In this document: positions 1 to 13,080 of the stretch, one piece after another
Numbering within the stretch: position 1 is the stretch's first letter
How the letters are laid out: each line of letters begins with the position of its first letter
Origin: Octopus bimaculoides
Lineage: Eukaryota
Length of the DNA stretch: 54,854 nt
Assembly: GCF_001194135.2 (NCBI RefSeq)
Contig: NC_068986.1
Span: forward strand, 112,071,827 to 112,126,680
Reading direction: 5' to 3'
Notes under the pieces: generated by a model
Database searches by the model: none
The model's input: only the letters and a program-made list of their open reading frames with translations
What the model was told of the DNA's origin: nothing
Translations under genes and position numbers: made by a program

Positions 1-349
1 TCTCCCTTCCCCCTCTCTCTCCCTTCCCCTCTCTCTCCCTCTCTCCCCATGCATATATATATATATATATCTGTTTGTTTATATAAATACATATACATAC
101 ACACAATCACATGAGTTTGTGCGTCTGTGTATAAAGCGGTTCTTGGACGTATATATTCATATATTTGCATGTATATATTAGTATGTGTATATGAATATAA
201 ATTATCATGGTTGATTATTAGAGAATATCACGTTAATTAAGTTCCTCTCAATCAGTTGCATTGTCTTATCCTGTTAACGTCGCTACATTATGTCTAGAGG
301 CAACATATTTATCTGTCAACTGTTGAATCCAGAGCTGTGTCTACCTCAC

Positions 350-680
350 GGACTCAGCATTGCTGCAATGAACGGTGGTAATGAAATATTACTGAAAACT
401 TCAACACCCAACTTTATTAATTGAAAATCTTCAAGTGATGACGGCGACGATGACCACGATGATGATGATGATAAGAGCAACTTTGGTTGTTGGCTGGGGA
501 TGGTGTCTTTTTGAAGTTCTAAACACACTAAATTAAGATAGAGACTTAAGTGATTTTGTAATAAACTCTGTCCAATTTTCAAATCTGCTGGAACATATCT
601 TTGATCAAATAAATTCCAGCATTTATATATTCCTGTCTTTGCGATGATAAGTAAAACTGAATTATCCAAAACATCCTTTC
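350..680 (-). CDS. Candidate internal coding exon of an unidentified minus-strand gene (about 110 codons)
   Basis: Open frame (G)KDVLDNSVLLIIAKTGIYKCWNLFDQRYVPADLKIGQSLLQNHLSLYLNLVCLELQKD...EDFQLIKLGVEVFSNISLPPFIAAMLSP with ordinary protein-like composition. It ends at a donor CC|GTGAGG (349). In-frame phase-1 acceptors exist at 681 (tttaatctgtttaataag), 657 and 633, so the true 5' edge is uncertain. I do not recognise the protein. Confidence 0.5.
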
Positions 681-984
681 CTTATTAAACAGATTAAAGT
701 ACGGTTTGAGTTAAATTTGTCTAATCTTAGTATGTTTACGCGGGATACCCAGCGATTGTTCTACCTTTCAGGGTTTGCCAGTTACAGTTACTATCATCTG
801 TGTTTGCTATAAATGTTCCCTCGATTTTGTCACAAGGCCAGCTTTTAGAAAATGATTTAGTTGATCACGGCTCGATTTGAACTCAAACTGCAAGACGTCA
901 ATGCATATACTCGAACGCATTTCCCTGAGACTCTAAACATTCTGCAAACACGCTCCATGTTTACTAGACATATCGGTTTCTTAG

Positions 985-1187
985 TTTGGTACAAGACTAG
1001 CAATTTCGCGGGAGGGTGTGAGTCGATTATATCGATCCAAATGCCCAGCTGCTATTGAATTTATCGGTACCGAAAGAATGAAAAGCAAATCCAATTCGAC
1101 GGATTTTGAACCACGAACATAAAGACGGACGGAATGTCGGTAAGCATTTTGCGCGGGGTTCTAACGATGCTGTCACATCACCAACTT
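985..1187 (-). mobile_element. tRNA-derived SINE, family A, degenerate copy
   Basis: Contains ttatcggtaccgaaagaatgaaaagcaaat...gattttgaacc...taagcattttgcgcgggg, homologous to the better copies at 9510-9910 and 33732-33940. Confidence 0.75.
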
Positions 1188-2611
1188 ATCTTGACTGCCT
1201 CATGTTTCACTGCTTCCTCATACAGTAGTGAAACTATAGGACATATTATTACCGTAAAACTATTATCTGCTAGAAATATCAGGAGGATCCATCTGAAACC
1301 GGGACAAATTAGATAGTGAGGAATTAGATGCATAAAACTAAAAGTCATCACAATAGGAATTCCTTTAATTGTAATATTTCTTGATCGCAGATGACTCGGG
1401 GCCGAGTAATCTTAAATATATTCATGTAGAGAACTGGGGGCTATATCTCTCTGAACTACCTCTCTTCCCGTCCGGCTCAGGATGTAATTATTCGTTAAAG
1501 GGGTGATTGCATGAGAAATACAGACAATGCGAGCATTTTCTGTGCTACGTTGAAAGAAGATATTAGAGATTAGAAGAATTGCAAAAGTAACAACAGAATA
1601 GCCTGCAAATCACGCCCTATATCCTTAAATTTATATATAAATAGGTTTGTGTGTGTCCGGGCGCGCGCGTGTCTGTGTCTGTTTCTGCGTCTTATCTCGT
1701 TTTACCACACTTTCATCTTTCTTTCTCTTCTTCCCTCAACATTTTCAATGTATCCGACAAAGGATTATTTCCGAAACAGTTTACCTTATAATGTTTCTTT
1801 AATCGTCTACCTAATGATATTAATCGTTAAATCCCTTTCCGCTTTTCTTGTATATTTTGCTTTCGATTTGAACTTTACCATTGATACACGCGCACACACA
1901 CATACACACACATACACACACAGGCACACACACACACACACACACACAAACGTGAACGTATTTGTTTTTCTGGATCTTTGAGCCGTATACATATATATAT
2001 ATACATGCAGAGCAAAAAGAAAAAAGACGGAATGGTCATAGATGGAATTCTCTAATAAGTGGCCACCTCAATAAAATTCACGTGAAGCTAACTAACAGCT
2101 GCAATAACATCCAGGTTGAATCAGGAAAATACATTTATAAATCATTCATAAAACGTTGCTCGCACATAAATCGGACACAACATTACAACACGCAACTAAA
2201 GACTCACACTAATGTATATCATTCATTTGGCTTCATGCAAATGTGACATATTTATGTAGATGATGGCTTTAATTATATATATACTGACGCTTGCCATTGA
2301 TTTCACCGTTTATAATGTATTTTTCTATCAAGAAATTGCCGATTAGTTAGCGTGAAGTCTGAAAAAAATCACCACCTCTCGAAAGACATTCTCTTGTGAT
2401 TTATATTACGTCGTATAAACATACGAAGAATATATTTTTATAAATTGTGTTCGATACTGATGTAAAGCACACACACAAACGCATATATATGTGTGTATAT
2501 GCATATAAATTTACCTTTGTTTATATAATTGTGTGTATTATGTGTGTATATATAAATATACATATACATATATTTATGTGTGTGTGAAAATAATATATAC
2601 ATTTATGTATG

Positions 2612-2662
<51 letters not shown>

Positions 2663-2717
2663 ATACACACATACATACATATATAGTCACAATCTAAAGA
2701 AAAAGAGTCATACAACA

Positions 2718-2794
<77 letters not shown>

Positions 2795-2806
2795 ATATAT
2801 ATATAT
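2612..2806. repeat. (AT)n microsatellites with (AC)/(ATAC) interruptions
   Basis: Read directly from the sequence. Confidence 0.95.
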
Positions 2807-3140
2807 TTAATAGTTTCAGCTTAGAGCTGCGGCCATGCTGATGCACACACTCACACATTCATTAAACCAGACATCAGTGAGAATCAAAATTTGTATATTA
2901 CAATAAATGAAATGGAACAAATAACATATATAGACATATCACTGATGTGCAAAATAGTTGCATACTTAGAAATTCATACAGGAAGATGGGTATTGTTACG
3001 AAGAAGTCCTTAAAAGATGTCCACGAATGTCACATTGCAGAAGCAATATGCAACACATCAGGTCAGGATAGGAAGATGATAACGGAAATCTCATGCATAG
3101 TAATATATATCAGTAATATACACAAACATTCACCTACTTC

Positions 3141-3171
<31 letters not shown>

Positions 3172-3898
3172 TGCTCTCCCTCTCTTGCTCTCTCTCTCTC
3201 TCTCTCACTCTCTCTCCCTCTCGCTTTCTCTCATTCTTTTTCTCTCAGACAGACATAAAGATACACACATGCACACCTAAATACAACCTCCAAACTTAAA
3301 GCAAGAAATTGACAAATTTATATACAGCGATATATAATCATTTAAAAAACAATTATTTGAATCATTTTTTTAAAGAAATCTCCAAGTTCTTTTATATTCT
3401 AGCAAAATATGCCTTATTCGACTTTCTTTCAAATGGAAAAAAAAACATGCATAATGTTATCCTACATACACTTAATTTGTTATCCTACATACACTTAATT
3501 TGAAATAAGTTTTTATCCAGAGTTTTGTTCGATGAGGGCTGACCACGGGTCAAATAAAAGCAACAACAACAACAGCGACAATAGTATTACATTGTACAGT
3601 TAGTATAGTCGAGCAGAGAACCAATCAGAATGACAGAGAGATAAGCGAAATCACATGGATGTTATTCTCAATGACCATCAAATAATTTACGATATATCAA
3701 TTCCGCTACAATTGCTATATCTAAAGGCAGAAATTATTTCCATATACAGATCTGGATGGAGATATATGCAGAATATGGACATTGCAAACAGACGGAATTG
3801 TAATAACAACAGGTGCTCAGAGAATGATAACAAGTGTCAATGGAAAATACATAATCATAAAAACCAAGAGAAAGAGATAAGCAGAAACGACGGCAGGC

Positions 3899-3901
3899 AC
3901 A

Positions 3902-3978
<77 letters not shown>

Positions 3979-4075
3979 ACACACACACACCCACAAGCAC
4001 GCACGCACATACACACATACACACACAGCCACACACACACACAAACACGCACGCACACACACACATGTATGCATG
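3899..4075. repeat. (CA)n microsatellite
   Basis: Read directly from the sequence. Confidence 0.95.
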
Positions 4076-4286
4076 CATGCATGCAATATGTATCCAGGCA
4101 TATATTTCACTATATATATTATTGTTATTCAATCATACACGCACAGTCAGAAACACACAATTACAAACACACACGTATATATATCTATATAAATATACAC
4201 ACCCACACATAAATGTAGATATATTTACATATATTTATATAATAAACGTTTATATATATGCATATGTATCTATATATCTCTATTGT

Positions 4287-4323
<37 letters not shown>

Positions 4324-4550
4324 TTATACGTAGACACACATATATATATATACATACATGTATGGAGAGATAGAAAGATGGAGAAAGAGGAAGAGATAGA
4401 GACAGAGAGAAGTGGATTCATAGAATAGATAGATAGTTAGACAAAGCGATACATACATACATATATATTATATATGTGTGCGTGTGTATACATGTATACA
4501 TATGTGTACATATCTGTGTGTTACAGTGCATGTATGCTCGTGTAATGGCG

Positions 4551-4606
<56 letters not shown>

Positions 4607-4616
4607 NNNNNNNNNN

Positions 4617-4647
<31 letters not shown>

Positions 4648-5654
4648 ATTCGTAATCAACACACGGTGATAGTAGATTTCTATGAATCCCATTCTTTCAT
4701 GTATATCTTAAATATTCATACAAATTTATGCCATGTTTTTCAACACCGTATAAAAATCTTAGTATGATATCTCTTGTAGAAGTCAAAATATCTTGTGGCA
4801 TTGTATCCGCTATTACGTCGTAACACATTTCGTTCAGTTTCGAGGAAGTAGAGGAAAATGTCAACGTGTCGTGATTAGATATTAGAATGGTATAACGTTC
4901 TAGTCTCTTGTCTCTTACCTTTCCTTTACCTACTTTTGCAATATCACATTTCATAACAAATATATTTGAGACATATTCGAAACCGTAAACTACGTTTCAC
5001 TGCAGCTTCTTATGGAGAAACTATTCTATTCCCACTTGAAATAAAAAAAGACACAGTCTTTTACATCTCTTTTTCCTTAAAACAGAACATTTCTTTTTCT
5101 CCTCGATAAACCGCATTGAAATGTCTTCAAATGCCCCTCAAATATATTTGAGCTGTTTTTACGATGGCTCTCTTTCAATCTTTTCTTTGTGCATCTATTC
5201 AAGAATCACATTTCATATTATTTACACACTACTCGACATTAAACCACAATCTACTCGGTATTTACATTGCACAAGCACTACTTGGTACTATAACTCACAG
5301 CGCACATCTCCATCAGATCATCACAGAACTTGTTATCCTCAATTACTACCATTGTAACCATTCCAATACAACACATAACTTAAACAATCACATATCATAC
5401 AAACATGTTCCACAGCAGCTCATTACACATTGTCTACATCAAACCCTAAGAAATATCTAAAGTTACAACCGAGAAACAAATGCGATAAAATAAATTTTAA
5501 ATAAGATTCAATGAGATATCATTGCAAAGAAAATACTTCTGATTTCTTAAAATACAGTTCTTCCCACAAGGCAGCAACATAAATGGCTACCTTTGTGGGG
5601 CAGTAGGAGATTATGTGGAACAATTTAAAGTACAACAGCAACGATAATAGTAGC

Positions 5655-5720
<66 letters not shown>

Positions 5721-5806
5721 GTTAATGATGATGATGACGATGATGATGATGATGACGATGATGATGACGATGATGATGATGACGATGATGACGATGATGA
5801 TGATGG
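5655..5806. repeat. Compound (AAT)n-(GAT/GAC)n microsatellite
   Basis: Read directly from the sequence. Confidence 0.95.
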
Positions 5807-7532
5807 GAATGATCATAATCGTGATCGGGATAATCCTGATAATCACAAGGATAATCATGATTAAGATGAGGAATAAACACATCACATCAGCAATGTTCAT
5901 CGTTTATGTTTATGGAGAGCTGCAATATTGCTATTAAAAGAATAACTCATACAACAACATCCACTGCTGCAGTATTCCCTATCATGTGTTTGAACCTATT
6001 TCGTAGCAGATATAGATTACTAAAGATAGCAGTTAAGGCTTAACAGCATTCAACTCCTATAGACGTGTAAAGTGTTAAATGTTCTAACCACAAGTTTCCT
6101 ATTTATGTAGAACGACCGAATAGAATAGCAGATAGTTTTAGAAAACACTGTAAATTTGCCTTATTAACTACAGCTTTCCTTAACGGCTGTTATATCCCTA
6201 AGCCAAACACTGAATATTCTTTATTCAAACCATACGATTTTATTATTCTTCTAAATTGTATCAGGTATTTACACAAATCTCTGCTTCAACCCATTGAAAA
6301 TTGTATATCTCCTTTTGCACTGCTTTTCAACTCATCAAAGCTGCCTCCTTGCTTATAGCTTGAATTAAAGCTAGACTTCAAGGAAATTCTTCTCGTCAAA
6401 TCACGCAAGCATTTCAACGTCATGCTTGTTAGAGATATTAGACTTTGACTACAAATAAATGATTAGGTCTTTTATGTTTAAACTGCTCCGATTTAACCAT
6501 GTATATTGAATTAACGCTCTAGCAATCAGTTTGGCTATGCCACTGTAGTATGTTAGAGTTCTGCTGTTCGTGTACAAGCACACCCACCAACCCAGCTATC
6601 CTTGAAACGAATTGCAATAGGAATATCGGCAGTTATTTCAAAGATTGCAGGGTTAGTTTAAACGTAGAGATGAATGATAAATTGGCTTGATTTCGTATTT
6701 CGGAAAACATTCGGTTTTATTATAGGCATCTGGCTGTGATCAGTGGAAATACGTAATATAGGAGATGAATTTCGTGAAAATAGTAATGTGATATTAACTC
6801 CGGGTAATCATTTAATATGTATCGAATATTATTATAACTAGCGTTCGTTTTGTTATTTTATATCGTTCATTTTATTTCATGAATATCTTGAGAGGAGGGG
6901 ACTAACGCTGTGTAGAACTGAAGTTCAGCGGTTGGGCGGGAATAACTAACGTGATTAAAGTTTGCTTTGATGTGGCAGAGATTACTGGTTAGTGCAAACA
7001 GATGGGTGTAAATTATGGTTAGATATTCTAAACACGAAGATGATGTTCTAATAAAGACCTGTAAGGATTGAAAGGATGGGAGGTACTCCATGAATTTAGT
7101 GTCCTTCATATTAATTTTCATACTTTAGAGATTTATAGTGAGTTAAGTTGAAAGTCTGAGGAGGTGAGTCCCACAATATTTCTGTCATGTGTGTTAGAAT
7201 GTGATGCAAACGACATATATACACGCACAGTTCAAAGTATGATCGATATAATGTTTGAAATGTGAATTAAAGAGATAAAGGCAGAGCTTAGATGTAGCTG
7301 GCGATAGAAGAACAGAGACGAAAGGATTGAATAATAAATGTGGTAAAAGGGACATAACTATTTTGACGGAGGTTTTATGTCTTCAATATCACAAATGCAA
7401 TGTTTAGGGTATCAGGAGATAAGTGGCTTTTATGAAAACTATGCATTGTAAAGGCTGTTCTTGAAAACAAATGACAGGCAATACAGCGCTTGTATAAAAG
7501 TTGGCAAAACAGATATTAACGAAGCGTTTAGC

Positions 7533-7533
<1 letters not shown>

Positions 7534-7584
<51 letters not shown>

Positions 7585-7824
7585 NNNNNNNNNNNNNNNN
7601 NNNNNNNNNNNNNNNNNNNNNNNNNNNNNNNNNNNNNNNNNNNNNNNNNNNNNNNNNNNNNNNNNNNNNNNNGTGGTGGTGGCGGTGGCGGTGGAAGTTG
7701 TGATGGTGGTGGTAGTAGTAGTAGTAGAAGAAGAAGAAGAAGAAGAAGAAGAAGAAGAAGAAGAAGAAGAAGAAGAAGAAGAAGAAGAAGAAGAAGAAGA
7801 AGAAGAAGAAGAAGAAGAAGAAGG
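7534..7824. repeat. Compound (TAG)n / gap / (GGT)(GGC)(TAG)(GAA)n microsatellite
   Basis: Read directly from the sequence; includes an N-gap. Confidence 0.95.
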
Positions 7825-8766
7825 AGAGTTATTGACGTCCAATCCATGTTCCGACATGTAGAGTTAGATTCAAACTTAACAAGTTTGCATACGCCCACAT
7901 TACTCAATATGTCCTCCATATCTAAAACGAACGAATGTAGTTTGGTGGAAAAGCGGCGACCGCCATGTAGAATCCTTTCTATTTTTATGTAGTTTAACGT
8001 GATTAGTGATATAATGTCAATATTTACATAAATGACACTAGAAGCGTTTCAAAAAGCAATGAAGATAATTGTGGACATATAGCAAATACCATAATGTAGT
8101 TGAGTCTATATTCTTGGGATCTCGACTGACTTCAACGATAGAAACATGTCTATTGGACTAGAATTGTCACAGGGAGACTCTGATAAAACTACACCTTCAG
8201 AATTAATACTGCATTGAATATTTTGTAGTACGGTATTCAATCAACGTAAGAGCCTTCATGTTTTTTTATGTTTTACAAGAAGCGACGAAATCTTTAGTAA
8301 TCAGATTACTTTGTCTGATGTAATATTTATCCATTTACATTGGAATTAATTAGGCATTGTCTCGTTTCTTTGCGATTTCAAAGGTATGATTGTTTATCTT
8401 CAGAATGACGCTCTTGGCTACGAGATGAGCTGGATGTGAGCAGTCTGAATACAAAGGAGACACCATATTTGGGCCAGGCACGGCTGGTTCAGATGGTAAC
8501 GGATTGCATTAGATTCGAATTTCTTACAAAAGACACGTTGGTTTTGGTTCCCGGCTCAAATGGATGTAGTTGGGATAGACAGGTTCATAATATGAATAAT
8601 ATGAAATATTTCACGGACAACTTGACACCGACAGGAAAATTGGTCAGACAGGTAAATCGTATGATTTGTTTCCGTATGTATTATCTGATCACACAATATG
8701 AAAATCTATTTGATTGACATCATAGAGGCATAAAATTCAATGTAACACAGAATATATGATTATTCG

Positions 8767-8797
<31 letters not shown>

Positions 8798-8811
8798 CTT
8801 AGAGAGGCTGT

Positions 8812-9005
8812 TAACATACTGAGGCGCCCTCATTAGCACAGCACTTGGTTTTTCTTAAACATGGTTCCAAGTCCTGTCTACTTCTATGGTCTCTTTGTCA
8901 ACCTGAAGCTTAATGGGATATAAACACACCAAGGCCGGTTGTCAGGCGACGGTGGAGGACAAGCAGAGGCACAAGGACGTACGTATATTCACATACATAC
9001 AGGCA

Positions 9006-9088
<83 letters not shown>

Positions 9089-9240
9089 GACGAGCTTCTT
9101 TTAGTTTCCGCCTACCAAATTACTGGGAATATTTTGGTAGACCCTATGATGTAGTCGAAGACGCTAGTTTAAGGATCCACCCGATGGGACTGAACCCGTA
9201 ACCAACTGTTTGGGAGACAAGCTTCTTAACACATTGCCAC
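8812..9240 (-). mobile_element. tRNA-derived SINE, family B, diverged copy with an expanded internal (AT)n
   Basis: Colinear with 37255-37668: aaacacaccaaggccggttgtcaggcg...(AT)n...acgacgagcttcttttagtttccgcctaccaaat...gggactgaaccc...aagcttcttaacaca. Confidence 0.8.
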
Positions 9241-9509
9241 ATATATACGAATGTATGTAAGTGTTGGTCTATTCATACATACATACGTACACATATAGAT
9301 AGATTCGATTCAGATATATCAATATTTATAGTTGGCTTATTTCCAGCCTAGTATTCTAGCATTAGTGCTTTCACGTGATTGTTGCACCTGTGAAAATAAA
9401 CAGTGAATTATCTCTCTTTGTCTGTCTCTTTCTCCCTCTTTCTCTCATCATAATCATCTCCCTTTAAATTTTGACGACACATTACATGATGTAATCCCTT
9501 ATATAACTA

Positions 9510-9700
9510 TTTCTTGCTCTAGGCACAAGGCCCGAAATTTGGGGGGAAGGGGCCAGTCAATTAGCTCCCCATCTGTACGCAACTGGTGTTTAATTTATCG
9601 ACCCTGAAAGGATGAAAGGCGAAGTCCACCTCGGCGGAATTTGAACGTAAAGACAGACGAAATACCGCTAAGCATTTCGCCCGGTCTGCTAACGTTTCTT
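9510..9700 (-). mobile_element. tRNA-derived SINE, family A, first tail type, missing the extreme 5' end
   Basis: On the minus strand reads agaaacgttagcagaccgggcgaaatgcttagcggtatttcg...cgttcaaattccgccgaggtggacttcgcctttcatcctttcagggtcgataaatt, with a B-box-like GTTCAAATTCC. The tail ends in gggccttgtgcctagagc. Confidence 0.88.
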
Positions 9701-9910
9701 ATTTCTTTATTGCTCACAAGGGGCTAAACAGAGGGGACAAACAAGAACAGAAAAGCAGATTAACTCAATTACATCGACTCTTCATTTATCGACCCCGAAA
9801 GATGAAAGGCAAAGTCGACTGCGGTGGAATTTGGACTCAGAACGTAACGGCAGACGAAATAATGCTAAGCATTTCGCCCGGTCTGCTAACGTTTCTGCCA
9901 GCTCGCTGCC
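9701..9910 (-). mobile_element. tRNA-derived SINE, family A, second tail type, with an intact-looking head
   Basis: The minus strand begins aggcagcgagctggcagaaacgttagcag (A-box-like TGGCAGAAACG), then gagtccaaattcc (B-box-like) and gcctttcatctttcggggtcgataaat. The different tail ends in cccttgtgagcaataaagaaat. Confidence 0.88.
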
Positions 9911-10317
9911 TGTTCCTGACACCACTCTGTAATGCTTATGGTTACAGGGAAATATTTCTCCGAATGCAGACTGTAGGGAAGCCTGAACGGCTTGATGCCA
10001 TTTTTCCTACTTATTACGCTGAACTAGAATATGTGTTTTCTCCATGGGAAACCAGCAATCGATTTGGGATTCACTTTCAGTTTTTTGGTCGTTTCGACTC
10101 CTCTAACTTTCATATTCATTTGCATATCGTCACATTTTTTTCCGTTTCTTAGTTTTATGGTATGAAGTGGTTAATGGTTAATTGACAGAAATATTAGATT
10201 TTTCTGAGGCAAAAATTGCCGAATCACAATCTTGGCGATTTTTTAATTCATTCCTAGTTCAGCATTGACTGTCATCATTCCGAGATCATTATGAAATATG
10301 AGCCAATTACTGCAGTT

Positions 10318-10490
<173 letters not shown>

Positions 10491-10599
10491 CTTTCCTTCC
10501 TAATTGTAAACTTCTCATGTGCCCTCACACTGATGCAATGATGTGTCCAGTCCCTGGAACTCTTTGGATTACTTACTTCGTTTCCATAACCTATAAGTG

Positions 10600-10797
10600 A
10601 TCGAGATGACAACATTCTCTCTGGTGGGATGTCAGTCCGTTGCAGGGTGTCGCATTTACAGCTGAGCGGACTGGTGCCGTGGGAAATAAAGTGAATTACT
10701 CAACAGCAGAGCACACTATCCGGTCCGGGAATCGAAACCACGATCTTCTGTTCGTGAGTGCCATACCTTAACCACAAGGTCACGTGTTTTCACCGGT
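10600..10797 (-). mobile_element. tRNA-derived SINE, family C
   Basis: The minus strand reads ggtgaaaacacgtgaccttgtggttaaggta...gatcgtggtttcgattcccggaccgg...cactttatttcccacggcaccagtccgctcagctg. B-box GTTTCGATTCC is present, and the copy is homologous to 39798-40135 and 50078-50205. Confidence 0.8.
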
Positions 10798-11903
10798 CAT
10801 TCTGATAATTTTGTGAAGGGTACATGGGTCTATAGAATAATTAGCTGCTTACATCTTAACTACTTTTAATAAAAAATCAGTTTTTCAAAAGACAATCTAC
10901 TTGACGGGTCCTCCGACAGAGAATCCAAAAATATAATGCGGTAAATATTTATAAATTGGTTTGCATGAATGACTGCATGGAAAGGCGGTTAGCCAGCACA
11001 ATGGCTAGTCCGTCAGACAAAATGATTGAAAGCGTTTCTTCCCGGTCTTTTCGTACAACTCAAAAACTGGAATCGATGTAATCAACATGTCCATCCCTCT
11101 CAAAACTACTGAACTTGAACCTTTTAACGGATCGGAGTCCTGATTAAGTCCGAAAATATTGTTGTGATTTTGGTCATATAGAATCAATGGGAAGCAGACA
11201 AAGAAAACAAATGTATTGCAGACTGCGGTCGGAATCGTCAGACAACATGTTTAGCGATATTTCTTCTCGATTCTTGCATTGAACTCCTGCTGTGGCCAAA
11301 AATGCCCTTCATCCAGTTTGGACTGATAAGCTAATATCCTAGTAAACTATTTAGGGACGACTGAAAAAACTTGATTCTTCCATAAAGGTTACTTGACTTG
11401 AACACTGCAAGAGACGGCGTCCCTTCCAAAGGGGATCTTCGTCTCTAAGAGGGATATCGGGTAGCTGTTTTATGAATGGTACAGATCGAACAAAACCAAA
11501 AACAACGCAAACTTACGCGAGAATCTGCTCCTAACTTAAGACCATCGTACGAAATTTGTTTTGCATGCTCTAGAAGGTCACCATAAACGTTATTCGCTTT
11601 CGTTAATCAGAAATATAATCTCAGGTTTTTAACCATTAAATTTCAATTCATATTTTTATTGGAAACTCCGGGTTTATTTTCAATTTTCGATAGAAATTTG
11701 TGTTCACAATCTGTTGTATATTACATCATTCAATCTACTTTGAGGTTTAGGTTCATAAAAATTTAACGATAAAGTAATTAAAGCGGAATTCTGACAAGGG
11801 AGATTCAGTAAATATTACAGAAAATGCCTGCAGATAATATCACAATCAAATATTTGAAAATATACGCTTGCATGTGTATACGACACACACACACACACAC
11901 ACA

Positions 11904-11944
<41 letters not shown>

Positions 11945-12963
11945 TTATATTTGTGTGTATGTATGTAGGAGTGTTTGTGCGTGTCGAAAATGACATAGTT
12001 TCTTGTATGGTGTAGTAGGTTTTAAAGAATGTTAGAATTGCAGTATAATAATGCTGTCTGATATGAAACGCTTCCTTCACAGTAAAACTACATAAGAGTA
12101 TCGAAATAAATATTTTTGTTCGCAAATTCATACATACACAGAGAAAGACTTAAACACACAGGTACACACACTCACACACATACACACGCACACACACACA
12201 TATATAATTATTCACTTATAGGCATAAAATACATACTTACATATATACGTACTTACATATATACATACTTACAGTTATACATAATTACATATATACATGT
12301 TTACATTTATACATACTTACATAGATATACTGACAAGGAAGAGAAGAGGGTACTGCCATGTTGGCATTTACATCAGTATTCCGATACATAGATAAGGGTA
12401 CTTACGTACATACGTACTTACTGCACGCATACACATACATGCATACACATAAAATATACATGTTTGTCAATATGTCTGATCAGCAGCGATGGAAATCTGC
12501 AGAAAGCAATCAATCGAAAAACAGCATCGTTATTTGACTTCAAAGCTGAGATTCAAATGATACGACGTCATTGGTGTATCTTCTAGGAATATAGAAAATC
12601 TAAACTCAATGGAACTTGAATAATTAGGAACCACATCTATAAACGAAAGCTTAATCATATTTCTATATCCCATTTGGTGTGTACTTATTTTCTAGGCATT
12701 CTCATCTGGTTCTAGATGTGTTTTAACATTTCATGTATCCATTTTTTTAGTTTTGTTTTAATTTATATATTTATATGCAGGCAACTTGTTTCACATTAAA
12801 TAATATATATCTTCAAAATTATAAACATCTGAGCTTATGCAACAACCTTGGGGATATTTAGGAACATATTCAAGTTTCACTCTGTTATTTTTATTTACAC
12901 TATTTACTGTATGTTGAAAAAATTGCGAGAAATGAAATACGTACACTTGTATCTACACACACA

Positions 12964-13030
<67 letters not shown>

Positions 13031-13034
13031 ACAT

Positions 13035-13080
<46 letters not shown>

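Noticed and set aside
4697-4995. Minus ORF ...MKCDIAKVGKGK...DIILRFLYGVEKHGINLYEYLRYT
   Set aside because: It looks protein-like but has no good acceptor, its internal donors conflict, and I recognise no homology.
5299-5380. Minus exon candidate MCCIGMVTMVVIEDNKFCDDLMEMCA|gtgagt
   Set aside because: The donor is strong but the acceptor is mediocre, and nothing else supports it.
6867-7121. Minus ORF with a ccttacag acceptor at about 7060
   Set aside because: There is no clear donor and no recognisable motif; the length is within chance for this composition.
11517-11569. Minus 53-nt exon candidate EHAKQISYDGLKLGADSR|gtaagt
   Set aside because: The signals are adequate, but such matches are expected by chance over 55 kb and there is no homology.
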